From: an uncultured candidate division Zixibacteria bacterium | GTDB lineage: Bacteria; Zixibacteria; MSB-5A5; GN15; PGXB01 | Direction of reading: 5' to 3' | DNA length: 64,000 nt | Assembly (NCBI GenBank): GCA_963702205.1 | Contig: OY969724.1 | Coordinates: 2,272,001 to 2,336,000, forward strand | Part shown: positions 51,123 through 61,311 of the stretch, piece after piece | How the letters are laid out: every line of letters starts with the position of its first letter | Position numbering within the stretch: position 1 is the stretch's first letter | Translations under genes and position numbers: made by a program | Notes under the pieces: model-generated | What the model saw: only the letters and a program-made list of their open reading frames with translations | Database searches by the model: none | What the model was told of the DNA's origin: nothing

Positions 51123-53924
51123 ATGCCCGTTATGCCACACGCTTCCCGAAAAATAATATCGACCCTTATTTTGGCACTGGCATTCCTCTTGTCGGCCGCC
51201 CCCGCCTTCGGCCAGTTTTATTTCGGCAAAAATAAGGTCCAGTATACCGAATTCGACTGGCAGGTCCTTGAAACCGAGCATTTCCAGATATATTTCTATC
51301 CGGAAGAAAACGAAATCGCGCGGGTCGGGGCCCGTGTAGCCGAGGACGCCTACCGCGAACTGGCGGCTAAATTCAGCCACGAAGTCTATCATAAAATTCC
51401 GCTTATAATTTACAGCTCCGGCAATTATTTCTCGCAGACAAATGTCATACCCTCGCTCTTGCCGGAATCCGTCGGCGGCTTCACCGAATTTTTAAAAGGC
51501 CGGGTGGTGGTGCCGTATCTCGGCTCCTTCCGGTCTTTCGAGCACGTGGTTCGGCATGAACTGGTGCACGTCTTTACCATTTCCAAACTGGAACGCACTC
51601 TGTCCAAACACAAGCTGGTCCGGATGGCTCAGCCCCCGCTCTGGTTTATGGAAGGTCTGGCCGAATACTGGTCGACCGACTGGGACAGCGAAGCCGACAT
51701 GATGATCAAAGATATGGTCCTGTCCGGACGCATCATTCCTATCGAGCGCATATACACGGTCAACGGGACGTTTCTTATGTACAAAATGGGCCAGTCGATT
51801 TGTCAATTCATAAACGATTATTATGGCCCCCAAAAGCTGACGCTCATGTTCGACAACTGGTGGCGGTTTACACGTTTCGAGGATTTGGTCGAGAATACTC
51901 TCGGTGACAGCATGTCCGAGTTATCGCGCAAATGGGAATATGGTTTAAAAAAGAAATACTACCCGGACATGGCGGTCGGCGGTTTGGCGAAACGCGAGGC
52001 GCATCAACTGACCAAAAGCGGCTACGCCGTCAAAGGCGTGCCGGTAGTGTTGAAAGACCACGACCTCGCCGGTGACTGGATCGTTTTCAAAGCCAACAAA
52101 AGGGGATATACCGGTCTGTATATGATGCCCAAAGGCGGGGAGAAGATCGAACTGCACACTATTCTTAAAGGTGAGCAGTCCTCCGGCTATGAATTGCTGC
52201 ATCTTTTGCAAAGCGGAATCGACGCCAGAAACGACGGCAGGGTTCTGTTTTCATCGAAGTCGAAAGAGGCTGACGTCTTGTATCTGTATGATTTGATTGC
52301 GCACAACGTCATTCAAAAATATCAGTTTCCGAAACTGGTGGCGATTTCGTCGCCCCGGTTTTCTCCCGATGGTCAACGGGCCGTCTTCAGCGGTGCCACC
52401 AAACATGGTTATACCGACATTTACGAAGTCGATTTGCCATCGGGTGATCTGACACAACTTACCGATGACTTTTATAACGATATGACCCCGACCTATAATT
52501 TAAAGGGCGATTCGATTATATTTTCATCGGATAGATGTACGCACGGAGACGATGGCGCGCTCAATCTTTTCAGGATGCCCCGCGACGGCGGTGACATGAC
52601 GCAAATTACTTTCGGCAACTGGGTCGACATGGAGCCCGAACACGATAAACGCGGCTTGTATTTTGCATCGGATCGCGACAGCTCATTCAATATATATCGC
52701 AAAAACTCCGACGGCAGTGTCAACAAGATAACGAACCTGTTGACCGGCGCTTTCGATCCGAGGGTATTACCGGACGAAGACGAGATATTGTTTACGGGAT
52801 ATCAGGACTTCGGCTTTCATTTATACAGTATGACTATCGCCGACACGATGGTTCTGGCCGCGTCGGAACCGAAAGTTGGCCGGACCTTCTGGAAGCCGGG
52901 GAAAATCGACGGTCAGTCGGTGAGGTCGTCATTTAAGTACCATACCGATTATTCATTCGACATTGCGCAATCGGCGATATCGTATGATCCCGTCTATGGC
53001 ACCCTGGGCGGGCTGCAGGTGGCTCTGTCTGATATGCTGGGCGACAACGTTTTCTATTTCCTGCTGACCAACACTGCCCAAACAAAAGATGATTTTTTAT
53101 CGAGTTTCAATTTCGCCGTCACTTATCTGAACAAGAAACGGCGCATTAACTGGGGTTTGGGATTTTTCCATTTTTACGATGAATATTACAACGACGAAGA
53201 CAGTTACTTTTTCGAGCGGCAGGTCGGCGGACTATTGTATGTTAATTATCCGATTTCGAAATTCAACCGTTTCGAAGCCAGTTCGTACATGAGATATTCC
53301 AAGAAAGACATCTGGCTTTTCGAACGTACGCGCGAGGCGTTTCTCATGTCGAATTTTGTCTCGTTCGTTTCCGACAACAGCATCTGGGATATCTCCGGCC
53401 CGCTCGAAGGCCACCGCTACAATTTTACCGTCGGATTGACGACAGCTCTCGATAAAGGCGAAGTGTTCAGCCGGACCGGGGTCGCCGATATCAGGCACTA
53501 TTTCCGTCTCGGAAAATATTCGGCTTTTGCTTCGCGCCTGTTTGCGTACAGCTCGGCCGGTATCGAGCCGCAGCGTATCTATTTGGGTGGAAGCTGGTCG
53601 TTTCGCGGGTTTGACCGAAGAGCCTTCTACACGCCTAATATACTTTTCGCCTCACACGAGCTTCGTTTCCCGCTTATCGATAATCTCATTTTGGGATTCC
53701 CGATCGGCGGCATTGGATTTCAGGCGATTCGGGGCGCTATTTTCTTCGATGCCGGTTCGGTATGGGAAGACCACCCGAAAGATCTTCTCGGATCGTTCGG
53801 GGCCGGGTTCCAGGTTGCGCTGGGACCGTACGTGGTCCTGCGGTTCGACTTCGCCCGCACCACCGATTTTCATTCACTAAGTCCCCGCACCAACTTTGAC
53901 TTTTTCTTCGGGTGGAATTTCTGA
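51123..53924 (+). CDS. Omp85-family protein with N-terminal zincin-like domain and TolB/PD40 beta-propeller
   Basis: FGKNKVQY; HELVH...EGLAE; FSPDG-type repeats; barrel with FRGF, ELRFP, FFDAG and terminal Phe. Confidence 0.82.
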   Translation: MPVMPHASRKIISTLILALAFLLSAAPAFGQFYFGKNKVQYTEFDWQVLETEHFQIYFYPEENEIARVGARVAEDAYRELAAKFSHEVYHKIPLIIYSSGNYFSQTNVIPSLLPESVGGFTEFLKGRVVVPYLGSFRSFEHVVRHELVHVFTISKLERTLSKHKLVRMAQPPLWFMEGLAEYWSTDWDSEADMMIKDMVLSGRIIPIERIYTVNGTFLMYKMGQSICQFINDYYGPQKLTLMFDNWWRFTRFEDLVENTLGDSMSELSRKWEYGLKKKYYPDMAVGGLAKREAHQLTKSGYAVKGVPVVLKDHDLAGDWIVFKANKRGYTGLYMMPKGGEKIELHTILKGEQSSGYELLHLLQSGIDARNDGRVLFSSKSKEADVLYLYDLIAHNVIQKYQFPKLVAISSPRFSPDGQRAVFSGATKHGYTDIYEVDLPSGDLTQLTDDFYNDMTPTYNLKGDSIIFSSDRCTHGDDGALNLFRMPRDGGDMTQITFGNWVDMEPEHDKRGLYFASDRDSSFNIYRKNSDGSVNKITNLLTGAFDPRVLPDEDEILFTGYQDFGFHLYSMTIADTMVLAASEPKVGRTFWKPGKIDGQSVRSSFKYHTDYSFDIAQSAISYDPVYGTLGGLQVALSDMLGDNVFYFLLTNTAQTKDDFLSSFNFAVTYLNKKRRINWGLGFFHFYDEYYNDEDSYFFERQVGGLLYVNYPISKFNRFEASSYMRYSKKDIWLFERTREAFLMSNFVSFVSDNSIWDISGPLEGHRYNFTVGLTTALDKGEVFSRTGVADIRHYFRLGKYSAFASRLFAYSSAGIEPQRIYLGGSWSFRGFDRRAFYTPNILFASHELRFPLIDNLILGFPIGGIGFQAIRGAIFFDAGSVWEDHPKDLLGSFGAGFQVALGPYVVLRFDFARTTDFHSLSPRTNFDFFFGWNF

Positions 53925-55045
53925 TGAAACGGACTCTGATAATTATTCTCTTTATGATTTTGGCCCTGGGCGGGTGCACGCGCAAATTTAAAATGAAACG
54001 TGGCTGCGATTACCCTGAATCTCACTGGCCGTTTTCACGCAAGGATGTCGCTGCCACTGCGTATTCTCCCACGAAATTCGGCGGGAAACTGAATGTTATC
54101 TGGGAGGACAAGGTTTCCGGTGCCGCTATCGGACCTTTAACCATCGGGGCGGGCTGCCTGATCGTCCCGGACAGCAAGGGGAAAATCAGCTTTTTTGAAG
54201 CCAAAACGGGTTCCTACAAAGGCCAGCTAAAAATTCACAACCCGGTCCAAAGCGGGATGATTTTGGCCGATTCGCTGGCCTTTTTCGCCCTCGGTGCCCC
54301 CAAAAACGAACTTATTTGCCTGAATCTTCACAATCGCAACACGGTCTGGAATCGAAACTTAAAGGAAATTTCCGGCGCGCCGATAATAGTAGAAAACCGG
54401 CTCTATGTATCCGGCAAGGCCGGAAGGGTCTTTTGTCTGGACTGCTTTACCGGACAAACCCTCTGGTCGGATTCGATAGACGCGGGATGCCTGGCCGGAC
54501 CAAGCTATTATGAAGGCAGGGTTTACTATCCTTTGGAAGACGGAACCGTAAACATCTACGAAGCCTCGCTCGGTGAACTGATACAGAAGCTCACCCTGGG
54601 CGGGCCGATAGTATCCAAAGTGGTCATAAAGGACCGTATCTTTGTGGCCGACAATCTCGGTGGCTTCTATGCTCTCGAGACCGGATCGGGGCGTCCGCTG
54701 TGGGACCGCAAGTTCGACTGGCCGATCTGGTGTTCACCGGCCGCCGATAACTATCTCGTCTATATTGGTGACAGCGGCGGCAATTTACGGGCTCTGGACC
54801 AGAAGACCGGCGAGACCGTGTGGGATTATAAAACCGACGGCGTCATCATTTCCTCGCCGATTGTGGCAGGGGAGTACGTCCTCTTTGCATCGCTGGATCG
54901 ATTCCTGTATTGCCTGAATCGTACTACCGGTATACTGATATCGAAGAGAGAGTACGATCAGGAAATCCGTCTGCCGGTAATCGACTCCGACGGCTCGATA
55001 TACGTGGCCCTGCAAAACGGCATCATCCAATGCCTGGGAGATTAA
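53924..55045 (+). CDS. PQQ-like beta-propeller lipoprotein (BamB-like)
   Basis: Lipobox LGGC; repeated ..ALD..TG...W motifs. Confidence 0.82.
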   Translation: MKRTLIIILFMILALGGCTRKFKMKRGCDYPESHWPFSRKDVAATAYSPTKFGGKLNVIWEDKVSGAAIGPLTIGAGCLIVPDSKGKISFFEAKTGSYKGQLKIHNPVQSGMILADSLAFFALGAPKNELICLNLHNRNTVWNRNLKEISGAPIIVENRLYVSGKAGRVFCLDCFTGQTLWSDSIDAGCLAGPSYYEGRVYYPLEDGTVNIYEASLGELIQKLTLGGPIVSKVVIKDRIFVADNLGGFYALETGSGRPLWDRKFDWPIWCSPAADNYLVYIGDSGGNLRALDQKTGETVWDYKTDGVIISSPIVAGEYVLFASLDRFLYCLNRTTGILISKREYDQEIRLPVIDSDGSIYVALQNGIIQCLGD

Positions 55046-55046
55046 G

Positions 55047-57245
55047 TTGCGCGAATTTTCCTACACCGAAGCCGACTTGAATACCAACCTGAGTGAGCTG
55101 GCCCACGAATTCCTTCGGGAGCTGTATCTGGCCAGCAAGAAGGTATCCATTTATTCCGCGGCCCATCCGATGGCCATCAAGGCATTGGGGCGCCCTTTCA
55201 TGCTTATGGATCGCATCCTGAAATTCAAAGAGCATGTCAACCTGCACGTGTCCGATAGTCATCTTTATATTTTGAATATACGGGTTAAGCCATGTGTCTT
55301 TACCGATCAGATAAAGGATTACATGCAGATCAACGACCTGACCGATATATTGTTCCATTCCTTCGTTGCAGCTGAAAACTTGAGCGCTTTTCTGGAGAGG
55401 TTTGTCAAGAGACTGCCGGCGAGCGATTATAAAAATTTGATGCACGCGCACCTCGAGCGTCACAACGTCCAGTCGATTACCGTTAACTCCGCCGCCGGGA
55501 TGGAGCTGTTTGAATCCGGATTAAAATATCGAGCCGACGTCCTTCAGGATTTCTCGGTTCGCGCCATCATATCGACATATATAGGCACTGACTTTCAGCA
55601 AATGGCCCAGCTTATAGCCGATGAAAGCCTGCCACGAGAAGAATACTTGAAGAAGTACCGTCACGACTATTATCCGCAACTGGTCAGCCTGATCGTCCCG
55701 GAACAAATCCGTCGCCTCGACACCGAAAAGCTCTTGAAATACATGACCGACAAAATCACCAATGCGTCCGGTAATCCCGAATCCTGTCGCATGCTTCTGA
55801 GCGCGGTCAAATTTCACCACCAGAGCGATTATATATTGAATGGGCTGGATGAATTGGCCCTCGACGGCAAGGTCGACCGGGAGTCCTTTGCCCGAGTTAT
55901 GCCTGAGACCAGCCGAATGAAACTCGAAGCCAGCGATGAAATTGACCGGTACTTAAAAGAGATTTTCGAGCCGGGCAGTGAAATAGGGCAGGGTGAGGAA
56001 TTTTGCGACCGCTATAATAAACTGCTGCGCCGGGGACAGGCCGCCAAAGCACAGGCCGTGATGTCCGACCTGCTCGAAAAACTGGCCGGGTCCGATCTCG
56101 ATGTTCGCCGCCGGGCGCTTTTGATGCTCAAGCTGGCTGTCGATTATCACGACAATCACAACTACTCGAATTTACAAAAACACCTGGTTGATCTTATAGC
56201 GGAATATCTGGCCTACAACGATGAAACATTTGAATTCTCGGACCTGATCTGGAAAATAGCTCAAAACACTCTGGCCCGTCGCAATTATTTTCTGTTCGCT
56301 TCTCTTTGCGCCGTACTGGTTAAAAAACGAGAACAGGTTAACGGAATTTGGAGCTATGAATCAATTGCGGTCAAGAAATCGGTCGAGGAATTAAATCGTC
56401 CTGAAGTCATCAATCAACTTATAAAAGAACTTCTCATCGGAGACACCAATGTCTTCGCCGATATAAAAACCATCATGGTGACCATCGGTTCCGAGCAGAT
56501 GGCCTACGCTCTTTCGGAAATCATTTCACATCAGTCACGCCAGGTCCGCCAGCAGGTTCTTAAGATAATGCCGGAACTGGGACGGGCCTCTCTGGCCGTG
56601 TTCGGACGCTTTATGAGCGAGGACGCCAATTTCGACCGACCTGATGATCGACGCGAACTTCCGGATGAAAAATGGTACCGCGTACGCAATGCCATATTCG
56701 TGCTCGGAATGCTGCGCGATCCTTCGGCCTGTCGTTATCTGCGGCTGCATATCGGCGACAGCGATGTCAGGGTCCGTCGTGAAATCGCGACCGCCCTGGA
56801 AAAAATCGGCGGGGAGGAAGCGGCCGACTTGCTGCTTCTTATGGCCAACGATCCCGACGGCGAAATTCGTGAATCGGCCATCATCTCGATCGGCCTGATC
56901 GGCACCGAACAGATTGTGCCGGAGCTAATCGATCTGTCCAAAAATGTCAACTCCGAGGTTACACATATACTGACATCGATCGGTAAATTGGGCGGCCTTG
57001 AGGCCAAGAAGTTCCTGTCGGAAGTCCTTATTAGCTCATCCCTGCTTTCGAGCCTGACTTCAGGCAAGGCCTCCAAAGACGAATTAAAGTTGATTGCCAT
57101 TAAGGCCCTCGGGCGCATGGGTGACAGTGAATCGTTAGGTGCCATAAAAAAATTCAAAGATTCGCTTTCCGGCACTCAAAAACTATTCGGCGGCTCCATC
57201 CTGAAAAAAGCTGCGGAGGACATCATTTCGCGTCCGCCTGAATGA
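55047..57245 (+). CDS. HEAT-repeat protein
   Basis: WYRVRNAIFVLG, D.DVRVRREIA.AL and DPDGEIRESAI repeats. Confidence 0.82.
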   Translation: MREFSYTEADLNTNLSELAHEFLRELYLASKKVSIYSAAHPMAIKALGRPFMLMDRILKFKEHVNLHVSDSHLYILNIRVKPCVFTDQIKDYMQINDLTDILFHSFVAAENLSAFLERFVKRLPASDYKNLMHAHLERHNVQSITVNSAAGMELFESGLKYRADVLQDFSVRAIISTYIGTDFQQMAQLIADESLPREEYLKKYRHDYYPQLVSLIVPEQIRRLDTEKLLKYMTDKITNASGNPESCRMLLSAVKFHHQSDYILNGLDELALDGKVDRESFARVMPETSRMKLEASDEIDRYLKEIFEPGSEIGQGEEFCDRYNKLLRRGQAAKAQAVMSDLLEKLAGSDLDVRRRALLMLKLAVDYHDNHNYSNLQKHLVDLIAEYLAYNDETFEFSDLIWKIAQNTLARRNYFLFASLCAVLVKKREQVNGIWSYESIAVKKSVEELNRPEVINQLIKELLIGDTNVFADIKTIMVTIGSEQMAYALSEIISHQSRQVRQQVLKIMPELGRASLAVFGRFMSEDANFDRPDDRRELPDEKWYRVRNAIFVLGMLRDPSACRYLRLHIGDSDVRVRREIATALEKIGGEEAADLLLLMANDPDGEIRESAIISIGLIGTEQIVPELIDLSKNVNSEVTHILTSIGKLGGLEAKKFLSEVLISSSLLSSLTSGKASKDELKLIAIKALGRMGDSESLGAIKKFKDSLSGTQKLFGGSILKKAAEDIISRPPE

Positions 57246-57311
57246 CATAATATTACTGTCAAATCGACAAATATAACTGCCATATAGGCCGTACAAAATG
57301 CCTGTATGGCA
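57235..57311 (+). promoter_or_regulatory. Four phased 13-bp pseudo-palindromic boxes (candidate activator sites)
   Basis: CGCCTGAATGACA, TGTCAAATCGACA, TGCCATATAGGCC, TGCCTGTATGGCA at 57235, 57257, 57278, 57299. Confidence 0.55.
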
Positions 57312-57376
57312 GTATTTATTTGAGTCAATTTTCATCCGTTTTCGTATCTTATTGCTATTGCTACTATTACAAGTAT

Positions 57377-57391
57377 TGGCACGTGGCTTGA
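57377..57391 (+). promoter_or_regulatory. Sigma54-like promoter upstream of hsp20-dnaK
   Basis: TGGCAC-GTGGC-TTGA (GG-N10-GA variant). Confidence 0.55.
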
Positions 57392-57445
57392 TTTATACTA
57401 ATACGGAATTTGAAAACAAAAGATCAAATAAAGGAGGTAAATGAA

Positions 57446-57889
57446 ATGACACTCGTACGTTACAACCCGGTAAGAAACCTGACCAGATGGAATCAGGATA
57501 TCGACACCATGTTCGATTCATTCTTCGGCGACAAGAACCTATTCTCTCGTGACAATGCTGGTTTTGTGCCGCGCGTGGATATTGTCGATGACAAAACCAA
57601 CGTTAAACTGGAAATGGAAATGCCCGGCTTGGAAAAAGACGATATCAAGGTAACCGTCGAAAACGGTGTCCTGACCATCTCCGGTGAACGGAATCGCAAG
57701 ACCGAGGAGAAAGAAGTCAACTACGTCCGCTGTGAACGCTGCTATGGCTCGTTCAGCCGGTCCTTCACGCTGGGCGATGATATCGATACCGAGCACATCA
57801 GTGCCGATTACAACAACGGTATCCTGCATCTGACCCTGCCCAAGACGGAGAAAAGCAAGCCGAAAGAAATCTCGGTCGCAGTCAAGTAA
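57446..57889 (+). CDS. Hsp20/alpha-crystallin small heat-shock protein
   Basis: PRVDI, EMPG, LTISGER, ER.YGSF.RSF and NGIL.L.LPK motifs; AAGGAGG RBS. Confidence 0.95.
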   Translation: MTLVRYNPVRNLTRWNQDIDTMFDSFFGDKNLFSRDNAGFVPRVDIVDDKTNVKLEMEMPGLEKDDIKVTVENGVLTISGERNRKTEEKEVNYVRCERCYGSFSRSFTLGDDIDTEHISADYNNGILHLTLPKTEKSKPKEISVAVK

Positions 57890-57982
57890 ATAAACGTCCG
57901 GATCAGGTTTCGATAGATGGCGGCGGGCGGGCGATGACCTGCCCGCCGCTTTTGCGATCCGGGACGAAGAAAGGAAAAGAAA

Positions 57983-59890
57983 ATGAGCAAAATAATAGGC
58001 ATAGATTTAGGAACGACCAACTCGGTTGTGGCCGTGATCGAGGGCAAGGACCCCGTTGTCATCGCCAATTCCGAAGGTGGTCGCACGACCCCGTCGGTCG
58101 TGGCGGTCGACAAAAACGACGAACGCCTGACCGGCCAGGTGGCCAAGCGCCAGGCGGTCACCAATCCGATGAATACGATATCTTCGATCAAGCGCTTTAT
58201 GGGCCGCAAATTCGAAGAAGTACAGTCAGAGGCCAAAAACTTCCCGTACAAAGTAACCGCTGATAACAACGGTAATGCCGTGGTCGAAATGAACGGGAAG
58301 AAATATACGCCTCAGGAAATTTCGGCTATAATTCTGACCAAAATGAAAAAGACGGCCGAAGATTATCTCGGGACGAAAGTCATCGACGCTATTATTACTG
58401 TCCCGGCATACTTTAACGACAGCCAGCGCCAGGCGACCAAAGACGCCGGTCGTATCGCCGGACTGAACGTCCAGCGTATCATCAATGAACCGACCGCGGC
58501 GGCCCTGGCTTACGGCCTCGATAAGAAGAAAACCGGTAAGATTGCTGTGTACGACCTCGGCGGCGGAACGTTCGATATTTCCATACTGGAACTGTCCGAC
58601 GGTGTATTCGAAGTTCTCTCCACGAATGGTGACACCCACCTCGGCGGTGATGACTTTGACAAGCGCATAATCGACTGGCTGGTCGAGGAGTTCAAGAAGC
58701 AGGAAGGCATTGATCTTTCCCGCGATTCAATGGCCCTGCAGCGTCTTAAAGAAGCCGCTGAAAAGGCCAAGATCGAACTGTCGTCGACCATGAGTACGGA
58801 TATTAATCTTCCGTTCATCACCGCCGATCAGAACGGTCCCAAACATTTGAACGTCAATCTGACCCGTGCCAAATATGAGCAACTGGTCGATGACCTGCTC
58901 GAACGCACTGTCGGTCCGTGCCGCAAAGCGATCGAGGACGCCAAAATATCGTTCAACGATATTCACGACGTTGTTCTTGTCGGCGGTATGACTCGTATGC
59001 CGAAGGTTGTCGAAATGGTCAAAAAGCTGTTCGGCAAAGAGCCCAACAAGTCGGTAAACCCCGATGAAGTAGTGGCGGTCGGCGCGGCCATACAGGGCGG
59101 CGTCATGACCGGCGACGTCAAAGACGTCCTGCTTCTGGATGTCACGCCGCTGTCTCTCGGTATCGAGACTCTGGGTGGTGTCACAACTCGTCTGATCGAG
59201 CGCAACACGACCATCCCGACCAGGAAGACGCAGGTGTTTTCCACGGCGTCCGACAGCCAGCCCGCGGTGGACGTGCACGTTCTTCAGGGCGAGCGCGAGA
59301 TGGCGATTGACAACAAAACCATCGGCAAGTTCGTTCTCGACGGCATCCCGCCGGCGCCGCGCGGTGTGCCGCAGATTGAAGTGACCTTCGACATCGACGC
59401 CAATGGCATATTGAACGTCACAGCCAAAGACCTCGGGACCGGCAAGTCGCAGAATGTACGTATCGAGGCGTCTTCGGGTCTGTCCGAAGCTGAGATCAAT
59501 AAAATGGTCAATGACGCCAAAACACACGAAGCCGAAGACAAGACCAAACGCGAGCAGATTGACACGCGCAATATGGCCGACGCCGCCGTTTTCCAGGCCG
59601 AGAAGAATCTCAAAGAGTACGGTGACAAACTCGATGCCGACGCCAAAGCTAAAATCGAGGCTGGTATAGAAAGAGTGAAAACCGCTCTCAAAGGTACCGA
59701 TAACGCCGAGATTAAGGCCTCTATGGACGACCTCAACCAACTCTGGCAGAGCGCGGCCTCGACGATGTATCAGAAAACAGCGTCGGGCGGTCACAACGGA
59801 AGTCAACCGGGGCCGGAGCCCCAGCCGGATGTATCCGGTGGTGGCGACGGAACGGTCGACGCCGATTTTGAAGTAGTTGACGACAAATAA
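57983..59890 (+). CDS. dnaK: Chaperone DnaK
   Basis: [25 protein letters not shown] and DADFEVV motifs. Confidence 0.98.
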   Translation: MSKIIGIDLGTTNSVVAVIEGKDPVVIANSEGGRTTPSVVAVDKNDERLTGQVAKRQAVTNPMNTISSIKRFMGRKFEEVQSEAKNFPYKVTADNNGNAVVEMNGKKYTPQEISAIILTKMKKTAEDYLGTKVIDAIITVPAYFNDSQRQATKDAGRIAGLNVQRIINEPTAAALAYGLDKKKTGKIAVYDLGGGTFDISILELSDGVFEVLSTNGDTHLGGDDFDKRIIDWLVEEFKKQEGIDLSRDSMALQRLKEAAEKAKIELSSTMSTDINLPFITADQNGPKHLNVNLTRAKYEQLVDDLLERTVGPCRKAIEDAKISFNDIHDVVLVGGMTRMPKVVEMVKKLFGKEPNKSVNPDEVVAVGAAIQGGVMTGDVKDVLLLDVTPLSLGIETLGGVTTRLIERNTTIPTRKTQVFSTASDSQPAVDVHVLQGEREMAIDNKTIGKFVLDGIPPAPRGVPQIEVTFDIDANGILNVTAKDLGTGKSQNVRIEASSGLSEAEINKMVNDAKTHEAEDKTKREQIDTRNMADAAVFQAEKNLKEYGDKLDADAKAKIEAGIERVKTALKGTDNAEIKASMDDLNQLWQSAASTMYQKTASGGHNGSQPGPEPQPDVSGGGDGTVDADFEVVDDK

Positions 59891-59899
59891 ACCGTCGTA

Positions 59900-59925
59900 A
59901 AGGGCCCCGGCGGCGGGGCCCTTTT
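59900..59925 (+). terminator. Intrinsic terminator after dnaK
   Basis: AAGGGCCCCG/CGGGGCCCTT stem followed by Ts. Confidence 0.75.
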
Positions 59926-59998
59926 GATTGAAATGATAATTGACAAAACCGATTATACACCGTAGGGTATAAATGACGTGAACCAGGCAACCGGACAA

Positions 59999-60925
59999 AT
60001 GTCGAAAGATTATTATAAAGTACTGGGTGTTTCCGAGACGGCCTCCGAAGAAGAAATCAAAAAGGCTTTCCGGAAGCTGGCCAAGCAATATCACCCCGAC
60101 CGTAATAGAGGGGACAAAAGCGCCGAGGAGAAGTTCAAGGATATCTCCGAGGCGTACGACGTGCTTGGGGACAAGAACAAACGCCAGCAGTACGACACCA
60201 TGCGTAAGTACGGCACCTTTACGGGCAGCCCGAGCTTCGACCCCCGCTATTCGGGCGGTTTCGACTCCTCGCAGTTCGAGCGGTTTTTCCACTTCGAACG
60301 CTCGGAGGGTGCGGACATTTTCGAAGAGTTGTTCGGTTCCATATTCGGCGGCCGTCCCGGCGGCTTTCGCGCCGGACCGAGGCCTCGATCCAAGCGGCGG
60401 GTCAACGGACGCGACGCCAACGTCACCGCCAGAATATCGTTTGTGGAAGCGGCGAAGGGCACGACCAAGACGATTATCGCCAAGAGCCCGGGGCCGCAAA
60501 AAACGAAAAGAAAAATTCGCGTTAAAATACCCGCCGGAATCGAAAGCGGCGGCAAAATCCGCCTGCGGGGGATGGGTTTCCCCGGCAGCGATGGCGGCGG
60601 CAATGGAGATTTAATTGTGACGGTGCAAGTGGACAAAGATCAAAAATTTGAGCGCAAGGGCAACGACATCTATACGAAGGTGCTGGTTGACTACCCGACC
60701 GCAGTGCTGGGCGGCAAGGTGCAGGCGCACACGCTGACCCGTAAAGTCAGCCTGAACGTCCCGCCGGGCACGACCTCCGGCACGAAGCTGCGTCTGAAGG
60801 GGATGGGTATCTCGGTCAACGGCGCAACCGGCGATCAGTACGTTGAAATAACCGTCGACGTCCCAAAAAATCTAACTGATGAGCAGAAGCAACTTATCGA
60901 GCAGTTGAAGAAAACCTTCGAATAA
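59999..60925 (+). CDS. Class B J-domain protein (CbpA/DnaJ-like, no Zn finger)
   Basis: KDYY..LGV, HPD, G/F region and DnaJ_C motifs; no CxxCxGxG repeats. Confidence 0.92.
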   Translation: MSKDYYKVLGVSETASEEEIKKAFRKLAKQYHPDRNRGDKSAEEKFKDISEAYDVLGDKNKRQQYDTMRKYGTFTGSPSFDPRYSGGFDSSQFERFFHFERSEGADIFEELFGSIFGGRPGGFRAGPRPRSKRRVNGRDANVTARISFVEAAKGTTKTIIAKSPGPQKTKRKIRVKIPAGIESGGKIRLRGMGFPGSDGGGNGDLIVTVQVDKDQKFERKGNDIYTKVLVDYPTAVLGGKVQAHTLTRKVSLNVPPGTTSGTKLRLKGMGISVNGATGDQYVEITVDVPKNLTDEQKQLIEQLKKTFE

Positions 60926-60960
60926 TTGTTTTGCGGCGAAAGTATATGAATCAGGAGTAG

Positions 60961-61009
60961 GTCACGCCGACTTGTCGAAGACCCTGAACGGAGTGAAGGG
61001 CGGCGTGAC
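60961..61009. repeat. REP-like palindromic element
   Basis: GTCACGCCG...CGGCGTGAC arms enclosing CTTGTCGAAG and CCCTGAACGGAGTGAAGGG. Confidence 0.5.
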
Positions 61010-61018
61010 ATTAAGATT

Positions 61019-61252
61019 ATGAACATCTCATCATACATAGTCCTCGGCCTTGCATTGCTGGTGATCTTTGGCGGTATGGCTTTTGTGATTTTCAAACGGT
61101 ACTTCCGCCGGGCGTGGTACGGCTCAGAGTTTATCGGTCAAAACGTATGGTATCACTTCCAGCCCAAAGGCAAGCAAGACGCCATCGAAGAAGTCTATTA
61201 CATGGAAGAGGACGAGAAAGACGAAGACTTCAGCTCCGATAAGTTCAAGTGA
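61019..61252 (+). CDS. Small hypothetical membrane protein with acidic tail
   Basis: N-terminal TM helix; codon style matches neighbouring genes. Confidence 0.65.
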   Translation: MNISSYIVLGLALLVIFGGMAFVIFKRYFRRAWYGSEFIGQNVWYHFQPKGKQDAIEEVYYMEEDEKDEDFSSDKFK

Positions 61253-61311
61253 TTGATTCGGTATAGATCAAGCCTTAGATGACATTTAAGAGCTTGATCT
61301 TTTAATATTGT

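Noticed and set aside
58727..60499. 590-aa antisense ORF over dnaK and the J-protein gene
   Set aside because: Long antisense frames opposite dnaK are a familiar codon-bias shadow; no independent RBS or motifs.
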